A stretch of DNA of 64,000 nucleotides from Octopus vulgaris (GCA_951406725.2 OX597818.1:138446001-138510000), one strand, 5' to 3'. Shown: positions 12,186 to 27,111, counted from the first letter of the stretch. The notes: generated from the sequence alone by a model not told the origin. Numbers and translations are program-made.

Positions 12186-12884
12186 GTGCCCCACCCGTAT
12201 AACTAAGATAAACCACCTGCTCTGCCCACCCTTATTACTACAACTACCAACGCCCACCACCCACTATCACCACTGTCCACTTTCTCCACTTCAGCATCTT
12301 CACCATCTCTTGGCACAAGCATTCTCCTTCCACCACTACTATTACTGCGCTCCCCCCGTCAACACTACCGTTCAACACATCACACGAATGCTCCTCCATA
12401 CATACGCACCTCTCTCTTCCTCTCTTTCTATCTTCCTCTCTTTCTCTCTCGCTCTTTCTCTTTTTCTCCCTCAGTCTCTCACTTTCTCTCTCTCTACACA
12501 CACATACACTCACTCACTTAACCTCACACACACATGTATATGTCTTCAAGAAAATTATTTAAAACAAATAATTAATTATTGAAAACGTATTAATTCATAA
12601 AATTAAAAGTTTTATATTTTAACTCTAGAGGGGGGGGGGGTTCTGTCTCATTTTTGCCTTCTCGTTATTCTTCATAAATTAGCATATGTGTGTGTGCGTG
12701 TTCGGAAACTTTCTATCTTGGGAGGGTCATTACGCCATTAATGATAACAATAATAATACTCGCACGGGTTCGATTCCACTTCTTTTTTTATTAACCACTT
12801 GGTTAAGTGTCGAACCAGTGTCGAACCAACTAACTAATCGATCGTTTGTTTAATGACCTGATTGAACAATCAGTCGGATGGCTG

Positions 12885-12929
12885 TTTGTCAAAGTCCTTT
12901 CGTCGCTATTTGCGACCTCATCAAAGACG
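12885..12929 (-). ncRNA. Minimal hammerhead motif (U3 variant)
   Basis: Minus strand reads GUCU UUGAUGA G GUCGC AAAUA GCGAC GAAA GGAC UU UGACAAA. Confidence 0.6.
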
Positions 12930-12979
12930 TGCTTCCTCTTTTCACGGTTTACCACGAGTTTGTGTTTTAAATCTACAAA

Positions 12980-13450
<471 letters not shown>

Positions 13451-14233
13451 CCCGACTCTCTAACAACTGAGCTATGCAACTAGATTTTGATATAATCATA
13501 TAATTAAGAATTATCTTGCCAGTATCAATATAATTATATTTATTACACTAATACTGTAATAGTTCTTTCTAATTTTGGCATAATTTCGAGGGGAGGAGAA
13601 GACGATTTATTTTATCGCTCGCCAAAGGATGAAAGGCAAAGTCGACCTCGCCGGAATTTGAAAGCAGAGTGTAAAGACGGACGAAATGCCGCTAAGCATT
13701 TTGTCCGGTCGCCAACCATTCTGTCAACACGCTGCCTTTCTACTAAAGGCACAAGCCCTGAAATTTCGATCCCAGTGTTACACTGATATTTAAAAGGTAA
13801 AGTCGATCCCGACCGGCATTCGAACTCAGAACGTAAACTCCGAAGAAATGCAGCTAAGCATTTTACCAGGCACTATATTTAGTCGAGATATTTCACTGAA
13901 ATGAAATTATGCATGATTTTTTACCTAAATAATTTATTCTATTATTTTTGTTAACATTACCTTAAAAATAAATATTTTTTTCATTAGAATCATTAAATAT
14001 ATTTTATATTCTTTTTTATTTATACAATTTATTTTGTTCTTTATTTCGTCTTCGTCATTTAATGTGGAAATTAACTGTGCAATAAAATAGGATTGTGATA
14101 ACGTCTTCGTGAGGAGGCGATAGGTGTAAGGGAAATAACTCTATCAGTTCATTACGTAGTTATTTCCTCTTGATTACATTGACGTTACTTCCGTCAAGAT
14201 TAGCAAACGACCGTCTGTCCATCGACTCGCACG

Positions 14234-14848
<615 letters not shown>

Positions 14849-15296
14849 AACAACAACAACAGCATCAACAAAGCGAAAGTGCTTAAAAGTATTTAGATAT
14901 AATTTTAGCAAGAAAATTCTTAGAATAAAAAAGAAACCCTTTTATCATTTACTTGTTTCAGTCATTCGACTACGGCCATTCTGGGGCAGCCTCTTAAAGG
15001 GAAGTAGTCGAAGAAATCGACATTAATGGGGGTTTTTTTTGTTTTGCTTTATTCTTGGTTTCTTTTGTTTTGTTTCTGTTTTGTCTTTGCTTGATTTTTT
15101 TAGCCTACTATTTATTGTCTGATCTTTTTGTTTTGTTTTTTGGGGGGTTTTTTGCCGAGCGCTAGTTTCCAAAGATGTCAACAAACCAACAACGGTTGTC
15201 ACGCGGTGGTAGAAAGGACAAATACAACGCAAACACACACACACACACACACAATATATATATATATATATAATATATATATATATATGACGAAAA

Positions 15297-15339
<43 letters not shown>

Positions 15340-15357
15340 AAATATCAATACCCTTAA

Positions 15358-15402
<45 letters not shown>

Positions 15403-15795
15403 ATATACACACAAGCACACATATATAAGAAGTCCGTCGTGTATATATATATTTAAGAAATATGTTTTAAATAATGGTGATTAAATAATTTCTCTATTGG
15501 AGCAATTCAGGCTTACAGCTGTTTCCGGTAGTCATTATAGAGTTCTTCTGAAGTATTTTGTCCGGATTGATAATCCCTCACTATTTTGCTTTATTTTTAT
15601 TCTTTTATTTGTTTCTGTCATCTTGACTGCGGCCATGCTTGAGCACCGCCTTTCGTCGACCAAATCGACCCCAGGACTTATTATTTGTAACCCTAGTACT
15701 TATTCCATCGGTTTCTTTTGCCGAAACGTTAAGTTACGGGGACATGAACACACCAACATCGGTTGTCAAGTGATGGTCGGGGGACAAACAGACAC

Positions 15796-15844
<49 letters not shown>

Positions 15845-15994
15845 TGTTTATCCCCCGACTATATATATATATATTTCGTCCGTCTTTACGTTCTGAGTTC
15901 AAATCATGCCTTTTATCCTATCGGGGTCGATAAATTAAGTACCACGCTGATAATAATATTGATAACACTCTTATAGTAACGACATGTTTTTTTT

Positions 15995-16046
15995 TTAAAT
16001 TCCCTTTTTAATTAATTTTTTTTTTTGTATCTTTTTGCAGGTAAGT
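15995..16046 (+). promoter_or_regulatory. Candidate recursive splice site (3' acceptor directly abutting a 5' donor)
   Basis: TTTTTAATTAATTTTTTTTTTTGTATCTTTTTGCAG|GTAAGT; AG ends at 16040, GTAAGT at 16041-16046; not inside a recognised repeat. Confidence 0.55.
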
Positions 16047-16259
16047 GTTTCACCTGTATAACTGTTGAAGTGTTCGGTAATGTAAAACTTTGAAATGCTT
16101 GGAATAGATGCAACGGGACATCTCCGGGTGTTCATTCAGGTAAACACAAATTTTATGCTTGGAAAAATATTTCTTGCTTTAAACGAATTTCTCATTTATC
16201 CTCAAAAACATTCATTTTCTTCTTTACACAAGACTTTCTTTATTGTAATATATGTTGTG

Positions 16260-16686
16260 ACCCCTAGAAAGTTACCCTCCGAGGCACAAGTCTGGGTAAG
16301 GTTGTTTATGGAAGACCAGCAGTCGCCCACGCATACCAGCCTCCCCTCTCCACGCTACCGATGTTATCCAAGGGGTGGGCAAAAGCCGATACAGCTTGGC
16401 ACCAGTGACGTCGCAAGTGGCTGAGTACTCCACGTGTACTGTTAACGTAGTTCTCGGAGAGATTCAGCGTGACACAGAGTGTGACAAGGCTGGTCCTTTG
16501 AAATACAGGTACAAACAGAAACAGGGAGAAAGAGTGAGAGAAAGTCGTGGTGAAAGAGTACAGCAGGGTCCACCCCCACCCCCACCTGCCGGAGCTTTAG
16601 ATGTTTTCGCTCAATAAACACTCACAATGCCCGGTCTGGGAATCGAAACCGCGATCCTACGACCGCGAGTCCGCTGCGCTAACCAC
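16260..16686 (-). mobile_element. Chimeric SINE: family-B head and body fused to a family-H tail
   Basis: 16417-16686 matches SINE B; 16260-16416 matches 13272-13430; junction at GCAA. Confidence 0.75.
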
Positions 16687-16862
16687 TTGTTCGCTATGTT
16701 CTAAAACAGATGAAACTATTAGGACGGTGGACTAAAAGAATAGTTAGCGAGCCGGATAAAATGATTTGTGGTATTTCGTCCGTCTTCATGTTCTGAGTTC
16801 AAATCATGACGAGGTTGACTTTGTCTTTCATCCTTTCGGGGTCGATAAATTAAGTACGACCG

Positions 16863-16924
<62 letters not shown>

Positions 16925-17834
16925 TTGTGTCTCTGTGTGTGTGTGTGTGTGTGTGTCAGTCAACCGATGAGATTGAGAGAATCTCATTATATAGAAAACA
17001 CCTCGTAGCGCCCAAGTGATTTGAACTTACTCTCCGATTTCTTTATCGAGGACCAAGTCAGCACTTGTTGCTGGTTTGTTGCTGTTTTTCGGACCAGGTT
17101 CTCTTCCATCAAACAGATCTGTCTTTGTCTTTTACTTGAACCAGTCATTACACTGCGGCCATGCTGGAGCACCGCTTTGAAGGAATTTAGTCGAACGAGT
17201 CGACCCCCCAGTATTTATTCATTTTTTTTTTTCTAAAGCCTACTATTTATTCTATCAATCTCTTTTGGAACCACGTCTTACTACAGAGCCACGCCTCTCC
17301 ACCTGAGATCATTACACCTCGTCTGTTATATATTGGGGTGATGTTGGGACGGGTCGGGATCTCCATCGTTCGACGACGAGGATTCAGATATTCGAACAAC
17401 TAAATAACCTGTTCTTGCATAAACGTACAAAGTGGCTGAGTATTCTTCAGACACGTACAACCTTAGAGTATAATACTCAGGGAAGAATGTCGGTGACACT
17501 GTGTGTGTGATGAAGTTGTACCTTTTGATTTGCGGGCAAAATCCTCCCTATGGAATTCTATGCAATTTTCGCCTCCTCAATTTCGTGCAGAAGGTATAGG
17601 CTGACCTGAGACTAAAGAAAATTGCATTTACCCAAGATGCCAAACAGTAGGATCGAACCCGGCAACTTGTGGTTTTGAAGCAAACTTCTTAACCGTTCGG
17701 TCATACAGCCTCTACTCACACATAATTCTATCAACCATAAGTACAAAGACTGGTGCGTATTTCATTGACCCCCGAAAGGATAAAAGTTGAAGTCGACCTC
17801 AGTCAAATTTAAACTCAGAACTTAATGTCTAATG

Positions 17835-18035
17835 CAGTGGTTTTCAACCAGGGTTCCGCCAGTACAGTCCAGGGGTTCCGCAAGAAGTTACAAAACTGCT
17901 AAAATCGGCAATAATTTTTAATTCTCCTGTGCAGATATGTGTGCATAAGACTATCAAATTATTGCACAGGGGTTCCTCGAGCCAGTGGAATGTTTCCTTG
18001 GGGTTCCGCTCCAGCAAAACGATTGAAAAGCACCG
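17835..18035. mobile_element. hAT-like MITE inserted in an older SINE C
   Basis: TIRs CAGTGGTTTTCAACC and GATTGAAAAGCACCG; 8-bp flanks GTCTAATG/GACTAACG; internal GGGTTCC repeats; flanks rejoin as SINE C. Confidence 0.75.
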
Positions 18036-18099
18036 GACTAACGAAATGCTTGGCTTCATTTCGTTCGGCTTACTAACAATCATCTCATACACAATAGAC

Positions 18100-19237
18100 T
18101 TTGCTACTCTAGGCACAAGGGCCGAAATTTTGAGGGACGGAGCCAGTCGATTACATCGACCCCAGTACACAAAGCGTGCTTAATTAATCGATCCCGAAAG
18201 GATGAAAAGCAAAGTCGACCTCGGCGGAATTTGAACTCATAACGTAACGGCAGACGAAATACCTATTTCTTTACTACTCACAAGGGGCTAAACACAGAAG
18301 GGACAAACAAGGACAGACAAACGGATTAAGTCGATTATATCGACCCCAGTGCGTAACTGGTACTTATTTAATCGACCCCGAAAGAATGAAAGGCAAAGTC
18401 CACCTCGGCGGAATTTGAACTCAGAACGTAACGGCAGACGAAATACTGCTAAGCATTTCGCCCGGCGTGCTAACGTTTCTTATTTCTTTATTGCCCACAG
18501 TGGGACAACAACGAAAAACAAAGGGATTAAGTCGATTATATCGACCCCAGTGCTTAACTGGTACTTAATTTATCGACCCCGAAAGGATGAAAAGTAAAGC
18601 CGACCTCGGAGGAATTTGAACACAGAACGTAGCGGCAGACGAAATACCTATTTCTTTACTACCCACAAGGGGCTAAACACAGAAGGGACAGACAAACGGA
18701 TTAAGTCGATTATATCGACCCCAGTGCGTAACTGGTACTTATTTAATCGACCCCGGAAGGATGAAAGGCAAAGTCGACCTCGGCGGAATTTGAACTCAGA
18801 ACGTAGCGGCAGACGAAATACCTATTTCTTTACTATCCACAAGGGGCTAAACACAGAAGGGACAAACAAGGACAGACAAACGGATTAAGTCGATTATATC
18901 GACCCCAGTGCGTAACTGGTACTTATTTAATCGACCCCGGAAGGATGAAAGGCAAAGTCGACCTCGGCGGAATTTGAACTCAGAACGTAGCGGCAGACGA
19001 AATATCTATTTCTTTACTATCCACAAGGGGCTAAACACAGAAGGGACAAACAAGGACAGACAAACGGATTAAGTCGATTATATCGACTCCAGTGCGTAAC
19101 TGGTACATATTTAATCGACCCCGAAAGGATGAAAGGCAATGTCGACCTCGGCGGAATTTGAACTCAGAACGTAGCGACAGACGAAATACAGCTAAGCATT
19201 TCGCCCATCGTGCTAACGTTTCGGCCAGCTCGCCGCC
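18100..19237 (-). mobile_element. Tandem array of six SINE family C bodies
   Basis: One full tRNA-like head at 19237; tail-1 ends at about 19008, 18824, 18650, 18482 and 18265; last unit carries tail-2. Confidence 0.92.
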
Positions 19238-19664
19238 TTTTCTCATTCATAATAGATTAACGAACAAAGTGGTCTTCGCTTCTGAGTATGATGTAATTTG
19301 AAGGAAATTTAGCTGTTATTTCTAGCAGGTTGGTCGACTATATAAAGCAAGATATTTATTCTTCTTTATTAGAAGGCTGCATTGAATTAGATATAATTCA
19401 ATAAAGCTGCATTAAAGACAATATTATTAAATATACAGTAAATGATAATTACATTTATTGGGAGAAGGTAATTATGAATATTAATGTAAGAAATAATATG
19501 TTAACTGACTTTTTAATGACTTTAGTATGTGTATGTATGCATATGTGTGTGTGTATGTATAATGTTTTATATAAATGTGTGTATGCATAGATATATATGT
19601 ATGTGTGTGTATACACACACATAGATACCGCGTCTGTGTGTCTGAATAGTTAGTGACATATATA

Positions 19665-19703
<39 letters not shown>

Positions 19704-19708
19704 GTATG

Positions 19709-19743
<35 letters not shown>

Positions 19744-19874
19744 CCTATATATATATATATATACATATATACAGACATATATACAGGCAGACAGACACAT
19801 ATATACATTCATGAATACATATGATACATATATATATATACATACACATAGATTAGTATATACTTAAACGCACG

Positions 19875-19920
<46 letters not shown>

Positions 19921-20441
19921 CATATATATATAAATACATATATGTGTATATGTATGTCTGTGTATGTGTACGTATGTAATTATTATTATTATGTGTGTGT
20001 GTGTATGTGTGTGTGTGTTTATTTCTTTTTCGGTTCTTTACGTTTCGGTTTCAAATCCTGCCCCTGTCGACTTTGCATTGAATCTTTCCAGTGATCGATA
20101 AAACGATGAACGAATCAAGTATTGGAGCCATTGGGATCGATTAACCCTACTCCCCACAAAATTCAGACATTGTATCTAAGCTAAAATCAATTACATATCA
20201 TTGGGCTTTGAGTTGACAGAATAGGCAGTGCATCGCACAAAATGCCTGGCGATATTTTCTCCGCTTCTTTAGGTTCTAAGATCAAATCATGCCGAAGTTA
20301 GCCTAGCTTTTTTTTTTAATCTTCAGTACCGTTAAAACAGAGTGCCATTCCAGTACTGGAACCAATGTAAATGACAAACGCCCTCCCCGCAAAACTACAG
20401 ACTTTCTGGCTACATTCGATACTATGGTTATTATTAAAAGT

Positions 20442-20950
20442 TGGCGAGCTGGCAGAAACGTTAGCACGCCGGGCGAAATGCGTAAATAAGTACCAGTTAC
20501 GCACTGGGGTCGATATAATCGACTTAATCCGTTTGTCTGTCCTTGTTTGTCCCTCCTGTGTTTAGCCCCTTGTGGGTAGTAAAGAAATAGAAATAGGTAT
20601 TTCGTCTGCCGCTACGTTCTGAGTTCAAATTCCTCCGAGGTCGACTTTGCCTTTCATCCTTTCGGGGTCAACAAAATTAAGTACCAGTTACACACTGGGG
20701 TCAATATAATCGACTTAATCCGTTTGTCTGTCCTTGTTTGTCCTCTCTCTGTTTAGCCCCTTGTGGGGGTAGTAAAGAAATAGGTATTTCGTCTGTCTTC
20801 ACATTCTCAGTTCAAAAAATGCCGCCGGGGTCGACTTTGCTTTTCATCCTTTCGGAGTCGATAAAATAAGTACCAGTTGAATACTGGAGTCGATGTAATC
20901 GACTCATCTCCTCCCCCAAAATTGCTACCCTTGTGGCAAAATTTCAGACC
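20442..20950 (+). mobile_element. SINE family C trimer
   Basis: Head GGCGAGCTGGCAGAAACG, two GAAAT|AGGTATTTCGTC junctions, final tail-2. Confidence 0.88.
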
Positions 20951-21499
20951 ATTATTATCTCTCCCATCTCTTATCCTTTATCTTTTATCAACTTTTCCTC
21001 TATAATTTTATCACACCTTCCATATACACTTTCTCTTTTCTTCCCCAAATAAATTTATTTATCGATTACTATATTTGTATCGTTGTAAAGTATCCATGTA
21101 ATGTACACCTCATCGGATGCCCCTGCGGCAAATACAAATGTCATTATTATTATCATGTGAGGTCATAAATGACACATCTTATAAGTCTTAGCATTATCAT
21201 AACTTTTCTCTTTGAACAATCCTGGCGTAATTACTCAACAATTTAATGACTTATTCAATTAGTTAATTAATTAGTTTATTAATAATAAAAAAAAAACTAA
21301 TTAAATTAATTGGTTACTCCAGTTTTATTTTTCCTCTAAATATAACTTTGACAATCGTTTTATTTTCAGCTTTAGTGTATGAAATTAAATAACTTTGTAA
21401 ATTGCATAAAGAGAAGAAAGAAATTGAAAATACAATATATTAATTGAAATATAATTTTTTTTACACAATTATATGACAGACACACGCACGTATATACAC

Positions 21500-21772
21500 A
21501 TGTGTGTGTGTGTATGTATGTATGTATGTATGTATGTATGTATATATGTATGTATGTGTGTATGTATTTATGTATGTATGTGTGTATGTATGTATGTATG
21601 TATGTATTTATGTATGTATGTATGTATGTATTTATGTATGTATGTATGTATGTATGTATGTATGTATGTATGTATGTATGTATGTATGTATGTATGTATT
21701 TATGTATGTATGCATGTATGTATGCATGTATGTATGTATGTATATGTATATATATACATATATATATATGGA

Positions 21773-21828
<56 letters not shown>

Positions 21829-21920
21829 CATACATGCATATATATATATATATATCCACACACACATACACACGCACATGCGCGCGAACACGAACACATA
21901 CATACACACACATATACAGT
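21500..21920. repeat. (TATG)n / (TA)n / (CA)n compound microsatellite
   Basis: Direct inspection. Confidence 0.95.
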
Positions 21921-22019
21921 CATACAGTCAATAGGAGACAGAGATTCAAAGCGGTATGTCTGTGTATGTGTGCAGATGTGTGTGTACATGTATGTATGCA
22001 TGTGAATATACATACACGT

Positions 22020-22302
22020 GAAGACGCGTGGCTTAGTGATTAGAGTATTCCGCTCACGATCAAAAGGTCGTGAGTTCAATTCCCGGCGAAGCGTTGTGTC
22101 CTTGAGCAAGACACTTTATTTCACGTTACTCATGTCCACACAGCCTTGTCACATTCTATGTCATGCTGAATCTCCCTGAAAACTTCATTAAGGGTACACG
22201 TCTCTGTAGAGTGCTCACCCATGTGCTCGTTCATTTCACCAGCAGGTTGTTCTGTTGATAGGATCAACTGGAACGCTCGTCGTCGTAACCGACGGAGTGC
22301 CA
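22020..22302 (+). mobile_element. tRNA-derived SINE family D (own head, V-like central motif, family-B tail)
   Basis: A box TGGCTTAGTGA, B box GAGTTCAATTCC, GTGTCCTTGAGCAAGACACTT, 3' CGTCGTCGTAACCGACGGAGTGC as in family B. Confidence 0.8.
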
Positions 22303-22433
22303 ACAAACATACATACATTATACATGCTATGTATGTATGTATGTATGTATGTATGACCAAGGTCAAGTTTGTCATTCACCCTTCAAGGTTCGATAAGATA
22401 AAGCCCCAGTCAAGTCCTGGGGTCGATGTAATC

Positions 22434-22666
22434 TGTTTCTTTATTACCCACAAGGGGCTAAACATAGAGGGGACAAACAAGGACAGACAAACGGATCAAG
22501 TCGATTATATTGACCCCAGTGCGTAACTGGTACTTTATTTATCGACTCCCAAAGGATGAAAGGCAAAGTCGACCTCGGCGGAATTTGAACTTAGAACGTA
22601 ACGGCAGACGATATACGGCTACGCATTTCGCCCAGCGTGCTAACGATTCTGCCAGCTAGCCGCCCC
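22434..22666 (-). mobile_element. Full SINE family C with 19-bp TSD, nested antisense in an older C copy
   Basis: TSD TCCTGGGGTCGATGTAATC at 22415-22433 and 22667-22685, itself SINE-C body sequence. Confidence 0.9.
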
Positions 22667-23177
22667 TCCTGGGGTCGATGTAATCGATTCAGAATTGTTG
22701 CTCTCGTGCCAAAACTAGAAAGAAAAGAATTATAGAGGAGGTGAATTGGCAGAATCGTTAGAGAAGAATGATTCGTAGTATTTGCTTTAAACCTCTGTAC
22801 TCTGCGTTCAAACCCAATCGATGTCAACTTTGCCTTTCATTCTGTCAGGGTTGATAGAAAAAAAAAAAAAAAAAAAGATCCTGTCCAAGGCAGTGATTTG
22901 ATGACATTTTAAGAACATCAGACGGGATGTCATACGGTATTGCACTGGTTCTTTGCGTTTTGAGTTCCAATTCTGCCAGGGCTTACACAGGTAATAGACC
23001 TATCCAGTTCCCTGTTTTTTTTTTTTGTTTTTTTTTTTAGCGGAGTCTGCACAGTGGCAAGCATTCCAGCTAGGTTTGCGGTATGAGAACCCCTTTCTCC
23101 TTTTCTCCATTTCTCCCTCCGACTAGTTTCGGAGTACTCTGTAACCCCTCAACGGATTATAAGCAAGACCGTCTTAA

Positions 23178-23846
23178 CACTTTGGCATTAAGATTACTCT
23201 ATCAAACTTAATGTTTATTTAATTCTCATAGTCTTGAATTAATCATGCATTATCTCATAGTTTTGAGATGTCAATGATGAAATTCTTAACTTTGGATATT
23301 TTCTGTTTGCCTGCACCTGTGGAAATTTCTACACACGGGAATTCGTACGATTGTGCAAAAACCAAAACGAAACATTGGAGGGTGCGGGATTTAAGTCCTT
23401 TTTAGATGTTATTTCTAGTATACCACACTACCACCTCAATGTATAATGTAGAATGTATTTGTCTGCATGTGCTTTCTCGCAGACAGAAGAATTTTCATGC
23501 TTGGCTTGTTACTATGAAAACAGACATGAATGTATCTGTGACTTACGATTGGCTAAAATTACCCAAAATTTGCAAACTTTAAAAGATAATTAACTCTTTA
23601 TTTATTGATTTATTGCGAAAGTGAATTTCACGGCTCTGATTAGCATATAAAACTACATCATTACACCAAATATGAAATCATTTCGAATAAAAATTGAAGA
23701 GATTGAAAATTGGCAGCCTAACAGAAAAGATCATTAATTTTTACTATGGCATTGTAGGGTAGGTGTGAAATGTTGGATCTGGCCAGTTTGAACATAAAAG
23801 CGGCGGCATATTTTGGTCGGATAAGGTCGGTTTGAATGCTAAATGG
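23178..23846. mobile_element. piggyBac-like MITE family F interrupted by a TIR element
   Basis: TTAA at 23174-23177 and 23847-23850; both parts homologous to 51011-51229. Confidence 0.75.
23294..23733. mobile_element. Non-autonomous DNA transposon (about 440 bp)
   Basis: TIRs GATATTTTCTGTTTGCCTGC and GCAGCCTAACAGAAAAGATC (17/20); flanks TTAACTTT/TTAATTTT. Confidence 0.65.
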
Positions 23847-24266
23847 TTAAATCATGAGCACACTGGGCATTAGACTAGGGGCCTCAATTTTGATCTATGT
23901 AAGTTGTGATTTGCTTTCAATAAATATATACTAAAGGTCCCATGGCATTCATTTGCCCGGTAATGACGGGAGGCAGCTATAAAGCTGTAAAGACGGCTCT
24001 TCTCACGAGCACTGGCTTCGCCCCTGACTGAAAGATAAAAATAGGCTTCTTATAGTTCAGGCATGGGTAATCTTTTCTTTTTTCTTTTCAAGAATCAGGT
24101 CACGTAAGACTTTGATCATCATCAAACGATCCTCACTATTAAAAGAAAAAATTTCAAGGTAATTTTTTTCGCTAGGCGCGCCATTCAAAAAGTCCCGCGG
24201 GCCGCAGTTTACCCGTGGGTATCATAGATCATTAGATTTAATTTATTCACCGATAGAAAATGTCAT

Positions 24267-24356
<90 letters not shown>

Positions 24357-24401
24357 TTATCTATCTCTACTTTCACAAGAGATGAAAGTATAGATAGATA
24401 C

Positions 24402-24652
24402 CTCTTGTGAAAGGTAAGAGAGTCCAGTTTGCTGGACATTGTTGTAGAGCTGGAAAAGAGGTAATTTCTACTCTTCTCCTCTGGAAGCCATCTACTCGCA
24501 ATACCAGAGGGCGCACACTCTCCTACCCTGATGTAATCTCCAGGGATACAGGCATCCAGCAACAGGACCTCCGTAATGCCATGATGGACCGTGAAGTCTG
24601 GCGTAGCATGGTAAATTCCATTGTCTCGACCACGGTCGAACAATGATGATGA
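24402..24652 (+). mobile_element. RTE/RTE-X LINE 3' end, 5'-truncated
   Basis: RVQFAGHCCRAGKEVISTLLLWKP...RGRTLSYPDVISRDTG...LRNAMMDREVWR, then a (TGA)n tail; typical RTE ORF C-terminus. Confidence 0.88.
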
Positions 24653-25225
24653 CCTATCTATCAATTTATCTCAGTGTATGAGTGTGTATGTGTGTGTCTG
24701 TATGTGTGTTTCTGTGTGTGTGTGCGCGCGTGCGCCAGTGACTAAGTCTAAGGGAGACAATTACATGGTCAGATTATAAAGGAATGTGTGAGTGCAATTA
24801 ACCCATTGAGGCAAACAACCTCATTTTCGACATTTTTCTTTCTCTCATTTCAGTGTCATTTCAAATAAATTTTATTGATGTAAAATTACTTAAATTTCAC
24901 ACATTTGAAACTTTGAACCCAACTCTGGCAAGTTTAACTTTAACAGAATTAAATATTTAACTGAAATTGTAGAATACGCAACAACAAGAGATGGCCTTTG
25001 GCAACATGCAGTTAAATATATATTCAACAGTGAAATAAATAAGTTTTCTCGAATTTCGTTATTGTTATTGTTATTTCTTTACGTTCTGTGTTCAAATGCT
25101 GCCGGGGTCGGCTTTGCTTTTCATCCTTTTGGGGCCGATAAAATAAGTACCAGTTGGGCACTAGGGTCAATGTAGTAGACTTAGACCCTCTGCGAAACTG
25201 CTGGCCTTGTGCTAAAATTTGAAAC

Positions 25226-25610
25226 AGAGCTGGCAGAATCGTTACCACGCCGGGCAAAATGCATTTCGTCTGTCGCTACGTTCTGAGTTCAAATTCCGCC
25301 GAGGTCGACTTTGCCTTTCATCCTTTCGGGGTCGATAAATTAAGTACCAGTTACGCACTGGAGTCGATATAATCGACTTACTCCCTTTGTCTATCCTTGT
25401 TTGTCTTCTCTATGTTTAGCCCCTTGTGGGTAGTAAAGAAATAGGTATTTCGTCTGCCGCTACGTTCTGAGTTCAAATTCAGCCGAGGTCGACTTTGCCT
25501 TCCATCCTCTCGGGGTCGATAAATTAAGTACCCTTTGCGTACAGGGGTCGATCTAATCGCCTGGCACCCTCCCCAAAACTTCTGGGTCTTGTACCTAGAG
25601 TAGAAGGGAG
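25226..25610 (+). mobile_element. SINE family C dimer (preceded by another C copy at about 25075-25225)
   Basis: Head, tail-1, junction GAAAT|AGGTATTTCGTC at about 25442, tail-2. Confidence 0.88.
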
Positions 25611-26049
25611 TGTTTTTATATTTAAAAGTTCACCTGACTTACTAAATTACAATACATAATTTTATATAACTTAAATAGTTGTTGTGATATATGCACACAT
25701 ACTTTACACAGTATGATTGCATAAATGTGCACGTGGTGCATAGGTGTGCGTGCGTGTCTGCATGAGAACTGCTTTTTTCTCTTTGTTTTTGCTGCACAAG
25801 GAAGTCACTGCAACATTTTTGCATGAAGAGTAGCCTCCCTTACATCCTACTCTATATTTGTCTTTTTATTTTTTAACTATTTTTTCTTCGTTGCCTAAAT
25901 ATCTTTTGTGTTAAAGGACAAAGCAAACAACGTTACGCACCGGAGTTAAACACTTTGGTGAACAGAGGCCAAGACACGGTTTCAATTTCCTGTTAGCATT
26001 CTATTCAATTCATTTACGCAACTAGATATTTTTTTGATAACTTGAATAA

Positions 26050-26212
26050 GGCGCAGGAGTGGCTGTGTGGTAAGTAGCTTGCTAACCAACCACATGGTTC
26101 CGGGTTCAGTCCCACTGCGTGGCATCTTGGGCAAGTGTCTTCTGCTATAGCCTCGGGCCGACCAATGCCTTGTGAGTGGATTTGGTTGACGGAAACTGAA
26201 AGAAGCCTGTCG

Positions 26213-26276
<64 letters not shown>

Positions 26277-26497
26277 TATATATATATGTGTGTGTGTGTT
26301 TGTCCCCCTAGCATTGCTTGACAACCGATGCTGGTGTGTTTACGTCCCCGTCACTTAGCGGTTTGGCAAAAGAGACCGATAGAATAAGTACTGGGCTTAC
26401 AAAGAATAAGTCCCGGGGTCGATTTGCTCGATTAAAGGGCGGTGCTCCAGCATGGCCGCAGTCAAATGACTAAAACAAGTAAAAGAGAATAAAAGAG
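26050..26497 (+). mobile_element. Full SINE family A
   Basis: Near-consensus copy; B box GGTTCAGTCCC. Confidence 0.93.
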
Positions 26498-26745
26498 AAG
26501 TATAAATTTCTCATCATACCCCTCCGTCTTCTCTCCTTCTCTCTCTTTATCTATCTATTTATCCATCTATCTATCTATTTATCCATCTATCTATCTATCT
26601 CTTTCTCTCATATAAAACCTTGACTTTAACAGATAACCAATTGTTCATTTCACTCCAACATAGCCAGATCAAATAACTGTTTAAAACAGGGCTGTGTGTG
26701 TGTGTGTGAATGTGTGTGTGTGTGAGTGTGTGTGAGTGTGTGCAT

Positions 26746-26782
<37 letters not shown>

Positions 26783-26917
26783 ATATAGAGCCGTGTACTT
26801 GTAAATATGTATCTGGACATGCTTAAGACATAAACTTATCCAAGCAATCTATTATACAGTATATCTGTGGATAGACTATCAAATATATGAATGTCTATAC
26901 GCAGATGAATTTATATA

Positions 26918-26966
<49 letters not shown>

Positions 26967-27063
26967 TGTGTGTGTATACACAAATGTATACATCTATATA
27001 CAGTTTAAATGTAAACGTATTTGTGTATTTACACCATCTGTATGAGTACAGGTGTCAGTGTGT

Positions 27064-27111
<48 letters not shown>

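Noticed and set aside
18100-19237. CRISPR-like regular array
   Set aside because: Units are ~170-215-bp near-identical SINE bodies with no unique spacers; no cas genes; eukaryotic context
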